DNA of 34,243 nt from a virus (taxonomy: Duplodnaviria; Heunggongvirae; Uroviricota; Caudoviricetes): IMG/VR virus record IMGVR_UViG_2859810971_000006, positions 1 through 34,243 of that record; one strand, written 5' to 3'. Shown here piece by piece: positions 1 through 9,275 of the stretch; the first letter of the stretch is position 1; each line of letters starts with the position of its first letter. The notes below the pieces were generated by a model. It did no database searches. It saw nothing but the letters and a program-made list of their open reading frames with translations, and had not been told where the DNA came from. Made by a program: the position numbers and the translations under genes.

Positions 1-288
1 TCAATGGTTGGCGTCATTATCTTTTTCTCTTTCTGAACGTGAATATTGCGGTGGACGGTTCATCAGCTGTGGGGCAAGACGTTTTGCCACCTGAAGAATA
101 ACCACCACCGCAGCGGGAAGCATGAGCAAAACACCGAGAAAAATCATCAGAATCTGCACTTCTGGCCGAGAAAATGGCTCAGGCAGCGACAGGGAGTCGC
201 TTACCGACAGCAGCGCCACCGCCAGTAGCATCATTCCGATAAATTCCAGTATCAACACGCCTTTAGGCAATTTACCGATCGCGCGCAT
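1..288 (-). CDS. ybjC: Small inner-membrane protein YbjC (DUF1418-like)
   Basis: 95-aa ORF, stop at 1-3 on the minus strand; hydrophobic segments; N-terminus MRAIGKLPKGVL; sits next to grxA as in E. coli. Confidence 0.75.
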   Translation of the reverse strand: MRAIGKLPKGVLILEFIGMMLLAVALLSVSDSLSLPEPFSRPEVQILMIFLGVLLMLPAAVVVILQVAKRLAPQLMNRPPQYSRSEREKDNDANH

Positions 289-447
289 ACGCTTCCCTCT
301 GCAAAGTGAGCCTTCAGTCTAAAACTTTTCACTGTATTGTGTTTAACAGTTATAGCTTTTAGCAATTAATGCAACAGGTTAAACCTACTTTCAGCGAATA
401 CATTTTAGCGTGATCATTACAGGCATAAATCTATGAGGAGAGAAATA

Positions 448-705
448 ATGCAAACCGTTATTTTTGGTCGTTCGGGTTGCCCTTACTGTGTGCGTGCAAA
501 AGATCTGGCTGAGAAATTGAGCAATGAACGCGATGATTTTCAGTATCAGTATGTAGATATTCGTGCGGAAGGGATCACTAAAGAAGATCTACAACAAAAG
601 GCAGGTAAACCCGTAGAAACCGTGCCGCAGATTTTTGTCGATCAGCAACATATCGGCGGCTATACCGATTTTGCTGCATGGGTGAAAGAAAATCTGGACG
701 CCTGA
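448..705 (+). CDS. grxA: Glutaredoxin 1
   Basis: 85 aa from the internal ATG at 448 (MQTVIFGRSGCPYCVRA...); CPYC active-site motif; GAGGAG Shine-Dalgarno 7 nt upstream. The longer ORF from 433 is probably not the real start. Confidence 0.9.
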   Translation: MQTVIFGRSGCPYCVRAKDLAEKLSNERDDFQYQYVDIRAEGITKEDLQQKAGKPVETVPQIFVDQQHIGGYTDFAAWVKENLDA

Positions 706-734
706 TCGTCTGACAAGCCCTCGCGTTGAGGGCT

Positions 735-1094
735 TTACTGATTTTTTCTGTGCTGTGGTTTAAACAAACTACTGATAAATAAGAAACACAGTGCCCCCAG
801 CGCACACCAGAACACCGCGCTTAGTAACCATGCCAGCTCTTGCCAGAATGAGCGCGTCGGTGAAAAAAACAGCCGCATAATGAGCATTGAACAGGGTGCC
901 GCCAGCATTGCGCCAAATAGAGGTTTCAGGACTTCTCTACGCTGTGAAAAGAAACTGGCAACTGCTCCAGGAAGAATGAAAAACAGCAAGCCGATTTCAG
1001 GATGCCCGGCAGCCCGAAAAGCGCCTTTCATGTGCGTCGCCAGAAAAAGGCACACCACAATGAAGAGGACAAAACAGCAGATTGCCCCGCCCAA
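735..1094 (-). CDS. ybjM: Inner membrane protein YbjM; possibly frameshifted near the 5' end
   Basis: 119-aa hydrophobic ORF starting at a TTG. A GTG at 1111-1109 with a strong AGGAGG Shine-Dalgarno lies upstream in a different frame (VKHKQRWAG...), separated by a G-run at 1085-1088. Confidence 0.6.
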   Translation of the reverse strand: MGGAICCFVLFIVVCLFLATHMKGAFRAAGHPEIGLLFFILPGAVASFFSQRREVLKPLFGAMLAAPCSMLIMRLFFSPTRSFWQELAWLLSAVFWCALGALCFLFISSLFKPQHRKNQ

Positions 1095-1380
1095 CGTTGT
1101 TTATGTTTCACTCGTTCCTCCTGACACTGCGTCTATCGAACACATTTTTCGCCAGTGTGGCGTTCAGTAAGATAAAGCCGCTTCGCATTCCATGCTAATA
1201 TAGGCCAACGCAATTCATATAGCCGTTGATACCTAATGTGATTACACTAGTAAAATATATTGTTACTTTACTATCGTTTAGGTGCGCTGAATGAATCTGC
1301 GCCCTGAATTCTGGTAAAACACATTATCGTAAATTACCATTTCTTTCAACAGCTTACTAGTAAACAAGAAGTTAGCCTCC

Positions 1381-3066
1381 GTGAATATAAACGTCGCCGA
1401 ATTGTTAAATGGGAATTACATTCTGTTATTATTTGTGGTCCTCACGCTTGGGCTATGTCTCGGAAAGTTACGACTTGGTTCGATCCAACTGGGTAATTCC
1501 ATTGGCGTTTTAGTCGTATCGCTGTTATTAGGCCAACAACATTTCAGCATTAACACCGATGCGCTTAATCTTGGCTTTATGCTGTTTATTTTCTGCGTCG
1601 GGGTCGAAGCCGGACCGAACTTTTTTTCCATTTTTTTTCGCGATGGGAAAAATTACCTAATGTTAGCACTGGTGATGGTTGGCAGTGCGCTGGTGATCGC
1701 CTTAGGGTTAGGTAAGCTGTTTGGCTGGGATATTGGCCTGACGGCCGGTATGTTAGCAGGCTCTATGACGTCGACACCGGTTCTGGTCGGTGCTGGCGAT
1801 ACACTGCATCATTCCGGCATGGAAAGCAGGCAGCTCTCACTGGCACTGGATAATCTGAGCCTCGGGTATGCCTTAACCTATTTAATCGGTCTGGTGAGTT
1901 TGATTGTTGGTGCGCGTTACTTGCCGAAATTGCAGCATCAGGACTTACAGACCAGCGCCCAGCAAATCGCCCGCGAACGTGGCCTGGACACTGATGCCAA
2001 CCGTAAGGTTTATTTACCGGTGATCCGCGCCTATCGCGTCGGCCCGGAGCTGGTGGCCTGGACCGACGGCAAAAATCTGCGTGAACTGGGTATTTATCGA
2101 CAAACCGGCTGCTACATTGAACGTATTCGACGTAACGGGATTCTGGCAAATCCAGACGGTGATGCCGTGTTACAAATGGGCGATGAAATAGCGTTGGTAG
2201 GCTATCCCGACGCCCATGCCCGACTCGATCCCAGCTTCCGTAACGGTAAAGAAGTTTTCGATCGTGACCTTCTCGACATGCGTATCGTCACTGAAGAAGT
2301 GGTCGTTAAAAACCATAACGCTGTAGGTAAACGTCTCGCACAACTGAAGTTGACCGATCACGGTTGCTTCCTTAACCGCGTCATTCGTAGCCAGATTGAG
2401 ATGCCGATAGATGACAACGTCGTGCTTAACAAAGGTGACGTTTTACAAGTCAGCGGTGATGCCCGTCGCGTAAAAACCATCGCCGATCGCATCGGCTTTA
2501 TCTCGATTCACAGCCAGGTCACTGACCTGCTGGCATTTTGCGCCTTCTTTGTTATTGGGCTGATGATCGGGATGATCACCTTCCAGTTCAGCACATTCAG
2601 TTTCGGCATGGGGAACGCTGCCGGGTTGTTATTCGCCGGAATTATGCTGGGCTTTATGCGTGCTAACCACCCGACCTTCGGTTACATTCCGCAAGGTGCA
2701 TTAAGCATGGTGAAAGAGTTCGGCTTGATGGTGTTTATGGCAGGCGTTGGTCTGAGCGCCGGTAGCGGTATTAATAACGGCCTGGGCGCGATTGGCGGTC
2801 AGATGTTGATTGCCGGATTAATTGTCAGTCTTGTGCCCGTGGTTATCTGTTTCTTGTTCGGTGCTTATGTATTGCGAATGAACCGCGCACTGTTGTTCGG
2901 CGCAATGATGGGCGCACGCACCTGCGCGCCGGCAATGGAGATCATCAGTGATACAGCTCGCAGTAACATCCCTGCGCTGGGCTATGCGGGCACCTACGCA
3001 ATCGCCAACGTCCTGCTGACGCTGGCAGGGACAATCATCGTCATGGTATGGCCAGGATTAGGATAA
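1381..3066 (+). CDS. ybjL: Putative AAE-family transporter YbjL (duplicated membrane domains flanking cytoplasmic regulatory domains)
   Basis: 561-aa ORF with GTG start ([20 protein letters not shown]...); strongly hydrophobic N- and C-terminal blocks around a soluble central region. Confidence 0.9.
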   Translation: MNINVAELLNGNYILLLFVVLTLGLCLGKLRLGSIQLGNSIGVLVVSLLLGQQHFSINTDALNLGFMLFIFCVGVEAGPNFFSIFFRDGKNYLMLALVMVGSALVIALGLGKLFGWDIGLTAGMLAGSMTSTPVLVGAGDTLHHSGMESRQLSLALDNLSLGYALTYLIGLVSLIVGARYLPKLQHQDLQTSAQQIARERGLDTDANRKVYLPVIRAYRVGPELVAWTDGKNLRELGIYRQTGCYIERIRRNGILANPDGDAVLQMGDEIALVGYPDAHARLDPSFRNGKEVFDRDLLDMRIVTEEVVVKNHNAVGKRLAQLKLTDHGCFLNRVIRSQIEMPIDDNVVLNKGDVLQVSGDARRVKTIADRIGFISIHSQVTDLLAFCAFFVIGLMIGMITFQFSTFSFGMGNAAGLLFAGIMLGFMRANHPTFGYIPQGALSMVKEFGLMVFMAGVGLSAGSGINNGLGAIGGQMLIAGLIVSLVPVVICFLFGAYVLRMNRALLFGAMMGARTCAPAMEIISDTARSNIPALGYAGTYAIANVLLTLAGTIIVMVWPGLG

Positions 3067-3178
3067 AACTGAAGTTGCCCTGAAAATGAAATTTTTTTGC
3101 ACAACCGCAGAACTTTTCCGCAGGGCATCAGTCTTAATTAGTGCCACTGCTTTTCTTTGATGTCCCCATTTTGTGGAG

Positions 3179-3221
3179 CCCATCAACCCCGCCATTTCGG
3201 TTCAAGGTTGATGGGTTTTTT
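3179..3221 (+). terminator. Hairpin followed by a T6 run, candidate rho-independent terminator in the host/prophage junction
   Basis: cccatcaacc (3179-3188) pairs with ggttgatggg (3206-3215), then tttttt (3216-3221). Lies 113 nt after the ybjL stop. Confidence 0.35.
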
Positions 3222-3301
3222 GTTGCCTGAAATTTAAGCTGTTTAAAATCATGATGTTAGAAACACTGTTTTTTAACGATGGCGACAAAATGGCGGCAGC
3301 G

Positions 3302-3520
3302 TCAAAGAGAGAGCGCCACCTGTCCTGATTTCATTGGATGCGGCTGAACCGGATTTGACTCTTTTGGCGTTGCAATCGAACGAACAAAAGTTTCATGGGT
3401 AACAAAAGTATGGCTGCAGTTAATGTTCTGGCACTGGTTGTAACGCTCTTTGGTCAATGAAGATACCTGAAAACTGCTGCGAGTATGGGCGGCACTTCCA
3501 CACAGTGGGCAAATCATCAT
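3302..3520 (-). CDS. ogr: Ogr/Delta-family zinc-finger late-gene transcription activator
   Basis: MMICPLCGSAAH...CQNINCSHTF gives a C-x2-C...C-x4-C zinc-finger pattern like P2 Ogr; GGAGAA Shine-Dalgarno before the ATG at 3520; position after gene D as in P2. Confidence 0.8.
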   Translation of the reverse strand: MMICPLCGSAAHTRSSFQVSSLTKERYNQCQNINCSHTFVTHETFVRSIATPKESNPVQPHPMKSGQVALSL

Positions 3521-3610
3521 TTTTCGAGTTCTCCCCATTTTTGCTAAATTCACAATAATGATACCGCATTATTCCATTTTGCAAACTTAAAAGTTCTCCA
3601 TTGCGAAGAA

Positions 3611-4711
3611 TCATTCCATTTCGAAATCATCAATCCTCACTTCAAGCTCCAGACTGGTTGTAAAACCGTTATTGGAGCTGACGGTATGCGTCAGAGTCGT
3701 AATGGTCCATTCCGCATCATCTATCGGCTGTTTAAAGCCACTGACTTTCACTGGCATTTCCGTGTAGAGATCTGCCCGACCTTCTGCCAGTTGTAGCGAG
3801 AATGACGCAACGCCGCGTTGCAGGCGTTCCCACTGCATTTTCGCCGCCCGTTCGGCGTTGCTCCGGTTGGCATAGGTGCGATAAAGTACCAGCACGTTTT
3901 CATCTGTACCCACCAGGTAATCGCCCTGCTTCGCTTCCGGCTCTTTCTTCTGCTTCTTAGTCCTGCGCTTACGCTTCACCGTGGTGCTTTCATTCTTCGC
4001 GGGTTCGCGGGTATGCAACCAGCTGGCAATTACGCCCGTGTAGGCTCCGCGATCTGCCAGGGTAAAGCGGTGACTGTCGCCGTCCTTACGTGTGATAGTG
4101 ATAACCGGTAGTGGTTTACCGCTGGCGCTTTTACCCTGTCCCTGCCGGATGAATAACAGATTGCCATTTTTCACCGACGCAATAGCACCGTACTGGCGCG
4201 CCAGCCGCATCAGAAAACTGCCGTCACTCTCATTGGTCTGGTCTATATGTTCCACGGGTTTATCTGACAGGTCTTTACCCAATGCCATCTTCAGTTTGTG
4301 CCGCGCGGCTATTTCCTTCACCACTTCCCCGACGGTGGTCTTGTGCCACGACTTTTCACGGCGGGTATTCAGCGTTTCACGAAAATCAGCACTTCGCGCC
4401 CGGATAGTCAGGCGGTCCGGTGCGCCAGTGTGTTCAATCTCGTCCACCGTGAATGCCCCTTTCGGGAAAAGCGGCTGCCCCTTCCAGCCCAGCGCCAGCG
4501 TAATAACCGCACCACGGCGCGGCAGCACGATTTTTCCGTCGGCGTCGTCCAGCTCCAGATCAAGCTGGTCCGCTTCAAAGCCCCGATTGTCCGTCAGCGT
4601 CAAACTCATCAGGCGGTTATCCAGCACAGTGGTGATATCCCTGCCCTCAATACTGATGCTGAATGCGGGAGTTTTGTTGCCTTTGTTAAGCAGTTCAGAG
4701 CTGAAATTCAT
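3611..4711 (-). CDS. D: Tail protein gpD (late control gene D family)
   Basis: 366 aa; last gene of the tail operon, overlapping U by 4 nt; size and position match P2 D. Confidence 0.85.
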   Translation of the reverse strand: MNFSSELLNKGNKTPAFSISIEGRDITTVLDNRLMSLTLTDNRGFEADQLDLELDDADGKIVLPRRGAVITLALGWKGQPLFPKGAFTVDEIEHTGAPDRLTIRARSADFRETLNTRREKSWHKTTVGEVVKEIAARHKLKMALGKDLSDKPVEHIDQTNESDGSFLMRLARQYGAIASVKNGNLLFIRQGQGKSASGKPLPVITITRKDGDSHRFTLADRGAYTGVIASWLHTREPAKNESTTVKRKRRTKKQKKEPEAKQGDYLVGTDENVLVLYRTYANRSNAERAAKMQWERLQRGVASFSLQLAEGRADLYTEMPVKVSGFKQPIDDAEWTITTLTHTVSSNNGFTTSLELEVRIDDFEME

Positions 4712-5193
4712 GACAGCAGCCCTCCCACCGTTTTACTGATATCGCTTAAGGCAGACGTTGCTGTGTCCTGCAGATTATTCAGTTGCGCACTGAGATCACC
4801 GAATATATCGGACAGGGATTCATCCACCCGTTTGAGCGACAGGGTGAACTCAATCCGGCGCGGCATACCGTCGCGGAAAAACTCCGTTTTAGTCTGATTC
4901 AGTCCCTCAATCACATACATGCCATAAATCGTGCCACTGCCTTCAATCAGGGGCCATGCTTTCCCCTGTTCTGCCATCTGCTCCAGTGCCAGCAACGACA
5001 GCCTGCCACCTGTTATCTCCGGCATAAGAACACCGGAAAGCGTCAGCATGTCGTTGTCCGGTCCCAGAAACTGCGTGGACGGACGTCGGTTTACCCGGCT
5101 GTTTGCCGCATGTCGCCAGCTGCGTTGATACTGCAGCTCCTGATACGGCACGGTGCGCAGCATAAACACGTACAATCCCAGCACCATCATCAT
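4708..5193 (-). CDS. U: Tail protein gpU
   Basis: 161 aa between tape measure and D; overlapping stop/start with both neighbours. Confidence 0.8.
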   Translation of the reverse strand: MMMVLGLYVFMLRTVPYQELQYQRSWRHAANSRVNRRPSTQFLGPDNDMLTLSGVLMPEITGGRLSLLALEQMAEQGKAWPLIEGSGTIYGMYVIEGLNQTKTEFFRDGMPRRIEFTLSLKRVDESLSDIFGDLSAQLNNLQDTATSALSDISKTVGGLLS

Positions 5194-8100
5194 GCGTCGT
5201 ATCCCCCCTGATCGCTGTAGTTACTCCTGGCTTTTGCCTTCAGCCTGCGTTCACGTTCATCAAGCTGGCGGGCTACCTCCCGCGCAATATCCTGCGCACT
5301 TTGTCCTGGCTGTGTCTGGATGATGATCTGCGTCGGTGCTTCAATCCGGTAAATGGGCGGCACAGTAGCTGCACGACTCACCATCGCTTCACCGCCTTTT
5401 GCGGGAAGCGCCAAAGGATGCAACGGTGGAAGCTCTGCTGGCGCGGCAGCAACACCCATCATTCCGGCGACAACGGCAGCCAGTGCAGCTGTATTTCTCC
5501 GGCTGGTCACGTTTGCCGGGCCGTTAACAATTTCCGGCCCGTTTTCACCGACGATGCCAAACTGCCCGCGCGGGATATAGCCGCCGCTGTCATACATCCC
5601 CGCAAAGCCATATCCCCATGACGGAAAATCACCCGATGGCATCATCACTTTACCGTCTGCATTCACCGTCGCAGGTTGCTGACGCGTCACGCTTTCCGGC
5701 AGTTTCGCCTTTGCAGCCTCTTTACTGACAATGCCGAGTTTCTCCAGCAACCAGGAAACGCCGGATTTCAGGGAGTCCAGCGGATGCATGACCATATTCA
5801 GCCCTTCTGCCAGTGCCTCCCCGAATCGTCGCCCCATTGCCGCTGCGCTCTGCAGTTCGGCAGAGGTCGACTTAACGGGCGTCAGCAGATCAGTAAACCA
5901 GCCCCACAGCGCCTGCACTTTGTCGCCAATCCACTGGAACACGGGCTTAAGCGGTTCGAACGCTGCACTGATGGGACCTGCCGCCGCTTTGAATCCTTCC
6001 ACCACGCCACCGAGAAATGCGGTGATGGGTTGCCAGTATTTCCAGACAACCAGCGCCACGCCCGCCAGTGCAGTAACCACAAGACCTATCGGACTGAGCA
6101 GAGCACCTAACAGACCAGATATGGCATACAGGGCAACGCGCAGCATCGCCAGTGGACCAGATGCCAGTACTCGCAGCACCGTGCCTGCGGCGGCCAGTCC
6201 ACCGCGCAGTACCGCCAGAGGATTCATAAACATCACAGCAACAGCACGTAAACCGGATAATCCAGACCGCAAAAGTGCAACCAGCGCACCTGCTACAGTT
6301 TTCAGGACATTTCCCGTCAGTGATGCCGTGCGGCGCAAAGACGACAACGGCGCAGTAAGTAAACCTGCGGCGTTGCCCGATGAAGCAAGCCCGCGTCGCA
6401 GCAGTGCCAGTGGCGCGCCAGCCAGCCAGGACAACGCGCTGCTGGTTCGAGTTACTGCTGCCGTAACGGAAGATAACGTTTTGATACCCAACACAGAGAA
6501 TCCCAGACGGATCACTGCCAGCGGCCCCAGCACTGCAGCCAGCGCCACCGCTAAGGTGCCGAGGCCGACGGTAACCGCAGCCACAACAGCCGATGCTTTC
6601 ATCAGTGTGCCTGTCAGTTCCGGGTTAGCTTCCACCCAGCGACGCAACGCCCCCGTGACGCTTTTCACCGTGTACAGAATATCCATCAGCGGCTGGCGCA
6701 GCGTTTCGCCCAGGCTGCTGAAGGTGTTCTGCGCTCCGGTTTTGACCAGCAACCACTGCGCAGAAAGTGAATCCTTGTTAATGTCGGATTCTTTCTGCAT
6801 GGAGCCGAGCGCATCATTGCCCGCTGTCAGTTTTAACTGACGCTGCAGTTCCGGCAGGTTGTTTGCCAGTTTCGCCGCGTCATCGCCAAACTCTTTACCA
6901 AACAACATAGTCATGGCAGACAGGCGCTTGTCCTGCAGCAGCGCGTTCACCTTCTCCAGCACTCGCTGGATAGTTCCCATTGCATCCTTCGTCATCTGCT
7001 TTTCAATCACTTCAGGATTGAGTTTCAGCAGATTCATCCCTTCAAAGAAACTCTTGCTTTGCATGGTGGCAATGGACAATTCACGCACCATCGCGTTTGC
7101 TGCACTGGCTGCAACCTCCGGCGCAGCGCCCAGTGTCAGAAAGGTGGAACCCAGTGCCGCCGCTTTACGATAATCCAGACGATCAGCCACACCGCCTAGG
7201 CGTTGCATGACATCAATGATGTCTGCCCCTTTCGACATGGCGTTATCATCCAGATAGTTCAGCGCATCACCGAGCTGTTCAATATTGCGGGTAGGGATTT
7301 TGTAGAGCTGGGCGATTTTCCCCAGACTTTCTGACAGTTCATCCGCTGGCAGCTCAAAGGCTGTTGCCGCCTTTGCTGCCGTGCTGGCGAAGGCCAGCAG
7401 ATCACGTTTCTGGTCTTCCCAGCTGTCGTCAGGGTTTGCGACGTTCATGCGCGCCCCACCTTCAACCAGTGCAGCGAAGTCCACCGCACCGTTTTCCATC
7501 GGCAGCTGTTCGCTGGCAGCCTTGATGGCATCCTGCATTTCATAAAAACGTGCAGTGCGGTTGCCATTATCGTCACGCAGACCATTGACCTGCTTTGCCA
7601 CACCTTTCATGGCATCTTCCATGCTGGTATAGCTTTTTACTGCCGCCATCACTGGTGCGCCCATTGCCAGCCCTGCAGCCGTGGTGGTGGCTCCGGCACC
7701 TACAATACGATCACGTACCTCCAGCGAACGGGCATAACTGGCACGCGCCGCATTCATCCTGCGCTGAGCTTCCCCCAGTCGCTTCAGCCGCGCCTCCTGT
7801 TTCGAAAGTTCCTGGTTATAACGTGATGTTTCACGGGCTAAACGGGCGGTTGCTCCCGCATCGTCTTTCGCAGAAATTCCCGCCCGGTACAGTTCAGCAC
7901 GCACAAGCGCCGTTTGCTTCTGCAAGTATTTTTGTTGTTCTTCCAGGCGTTGGACTGCCAGTGTTTGCCGACCTAAAGCCACAAGGTGCCGTTGTGATGG
8001 TTGTTCCATCGCCTCCAGCTCAGAGTTAAGCAAATTAGCCTTCTGTCTGGCATAGTTCAGCCTGTCGCCTAACTTCTTGTTATCGGCCTGCAGCTTGCGA

Positions 8101-8267
8101 AATTTTTCCAGGCTGTTACCCGCCTGATTGAGTTGCTTTAATGCGTCACGGGAGTTTCTGATTGCGCCAGCCAGCTCTTTCGAACTGGCCTGTGCAGCAC
8201 GGAATGGGCGGGTGAGTTTGTCAACCGCATTAAGAATGACCTGCAGGCGCAGGTTATTATCACTCAT
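5190..8267 (-). CDS. T: Tail tape measure protein gpT
   Basis: 1025 aa; Ala/Leu-rich with repeated L-x-x-L-R-x-G-L segments (LAVLRGGLAAAG, LALLRRGLASSG, VALLRSGLSGLRAV); coiled-coil-like N-terminal region; directly follows E/E'. Confidence 0.9.
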   Translation of the reverse strand: MSDNNLRLQVILNAVDKLTRPFRAAQASSKELAGAIRNSRDALKQLNQAGNSLEKFRKLQADNKKLGDRLNYARQKANLLNSELEAMEQPSQRHLVALGRQTLAVQRLEEQQKYLQKQTALVRAELYRAGISAKDDAGATARLARETSRYNQELSKQEARLKRLGEAQRRMNAARASYARSLEVRDRIVGAGATTTAAGLAMGAPVMAAVKSYTSMEDAMKGVAKQVNGLRDDNGNRTARFYEMQDAIKAASEQLPMENGAVDFAALVEGGARMNVANPDDSWEDQKRDLLAFASTAAKAATAFELPADELSESLGKIAQLYKIPTRNIEQLGDALNYLDDNAMSKGADIIDVMQRLGGVADRLDYRKAAALGSTFLTLGAAPEVAASAANAMVRELSIATMQSKSFFEGMNLLKLNPEVIEKQMTKDAMGTIQRVLEKVNALLQDKRLSAMTMLFGKEFGDDAAKLANNLPELQRQLKLTAGNDALGSMQKESDINKDSLSAQWLLVKTGAQNTFSSLGETLRQPLMDILYTVKSVTGALRRWVEANPELTGTLMKASAVVAAVTVGLGTLAVALAAVLGPLAVIRLGFSVLGIKTLSSVTAAVTRTSSALSWLAGAPLALLRRGLASSGNAAGLLTAPLSSLRRTASLTGNVLKTVAGALVALLRSGLSGLRAVAVMFMNPLAVLRGGLAAAGTVLRVLASGPLAMLRVALYAISGLLGALLSPIGLVVTALAGVALVVWKYWQPITAFLGGVVEGFKAAAGPISAAFEPLKPVFQWIGDKVQALWGWFTDLLTPVKSTSAELQSAAAMGRRFGEALAEGLNMVMHPLDSLKSGVSWLLEKLGIVSKEAAKAKLPESVTRQQPATVNADGKVMMPSGDFPSWGYGFAGMYDSGGYIPRGQFGIVGENGPEIVNGPANVTSRRNTAALAAVVAGMMGVAAAPAELPPLHPLALPAKGGEAMVSRAATVPPIYRIEAPTQIIIQTQPGQSAQDIAREVARQLDERERRLKAKARSNYSDQGGYDA

Positions 8268-8696
8268 CGTTGGCCCCGCTTCTCTGAATCGCTTTATACC
8301 GCCATTCCAGCACTTCGGTCAGCGGCATAACGTCAGTAACGGATGGCGGCCAGTGAAAAATGGTGGCGATATCTGCCACCAGATCGTCAACCGTCAGGCT
8401 GTCGGTAAACCGGCAAGCACCGACTTCTTCAACAAAAAAGTGACAACCTCAACCGACATGGCAGTGAGATCTGCCGGGTCCATCTCTGCAATTTCCTGTG
8501 CAGTCAGTGCCGGACTGGAGATGCGGGGGATCACGGTCATCATCGCGTTCACATCCATATCCATAATGGCCTGCAGGCGTGTGCCGCGCAGCGCACCGGA
8601 CTGCGGTTTACGCAGCACAATTTCGGTAATTTCTGTTTTACCGCGCATGATGGGAGTATCCAGTTGAATGGTCTTTTCAGTCTGCTTATCGCTCAT
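8260..8696 (-). CDS. E+E': gpE+E' fusion made by programmed -1 ribosomal frameshift
   Basis: After a -1 slip at T TTT TTG (minus strand, plus coordinates 8433-8439) I hand-translated a 58-codon open extension (VEEVGACRFTDSLTVDDLVADIATIFHWPPSVTDVMPLTEVLEWRYKAIQRSGANDE). It stops at TGA 8262-8260, overlapping the T start codon (ATGAGTGA). Fusion of about 146 aa. Confidence 0.6.
8394..8696 (-). CDS. E: Tail assembly chaperone gpE
   Basis: 100-aa ORF directly upstream of the tape measure; contains the slippery heptamer T TTT TTG near its 3' end. Confidence 0.85.
   Translation of the reverse strand: MSDKQTEKTIQLDTPIMRGKTEITEIVLRKPQSGALRGTRLQAIMDMDVNAMMTVIPRISSPALTAQEIAEMDPADLTAMSVEVVTFLLKKSVLAGLPTA
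8433..8439 (-). other. Slippery heptamer T-TTT-TTG (recoding site for E/E')
   Basis: Plus-strand caaaaaa at 8433-8439; in the E frame it reads ACT TTT TTG. Confidence 0.6.
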
Positions 8697-8750
8697 TTTG
8701 TTGTCCTGTAAATTGGGTTCTGGCGCGGAATCCCGCGCCGTTCAGATACA

Positions 8751-9266
8751 TCAGAGGCCGAGGGCGTTGCGGTGCGCTTCCATCAGGTCCACACCGTCCA
8801 CAATTTCCACCATGTTGATAAGGTCCACTTCATAGAGCACCTCACCATTGATGGTCAGCTTCGCGTAGCTGTTGGTACTGGTCACTTTGGTGGTGTTGCT
8901 TTCGCCCGTCTTCCACTCGCCGGAATCCACTTCTTTATGACGTCCACGCACCACAAGCTCCACGGCCTGTACTTCCCCGGTATCATCACGCTGGATAGAG
9001 CCGGTAAAGCGCAGCTGGATGCCATCCACCGTGGCTTTGCCCATCTGCTTAAACAGCAGCAATTCAGTACCACCAATGGAAAATTCTGTATCCAGTGCAC
9101 TGTCATCCAGTCCCAGATCAACATCCACCGCCCCCGGCATACCGCCGCCGCGATACTTCTCATATTTGCGGGTGAATTTCGGCAGCGTCAGCGACTCAAC
9201 GATCCCCTGCCAGTTGTTCCCGTCGTTAAACAGGTTCAGGTGTTTTAATTTGCGTGGTAAAGCCAT
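8751..9266 (-). CDS. FII: Major tail tube protein gpFII
   Basis: 171 aa; position between sheath and E; size matches P2 FII. Confidence 0.85.
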   Translation of the reverse strand: MALPRKLKHLNLFNDGNNWQGIVESLTLPKFTRKYEKYRGGGMPGAVDVDLGLDDSALDTEFSIGGTELLLFKQMGKATVDGIQLRFTGSIQRDDTGEVQAVELVVRGRHKEVDSGEWKTGESNTTKVTSTNSYAKLTINGEVLYEVDLINMVEIVDGVDLMEAHRNALGL

Positions 9267-9275
9267 GTTGTCCCC

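Noticed and set aside
46-322. Plus-strand ORFs of 60 and 66 aa
   Set aside because: Antisense to ybjC; basic, low-complexity translations.
3420-3614. 64-aa minus-strand ORF
   Set aside because: Overlaps ogr in another frame and has no Shine-Dalgarno; ogr has the conserved zinc-finger motif.
5731-6840. 369-aa plus-strand ORF (also 5676-6110 and 5301-5621)
   Set aside because: Antisense to the tape-measure gene; Ala/Ser/Pro/Arg-rich low-complexity translation typical of reverse frames in GC-rich coding DNA.
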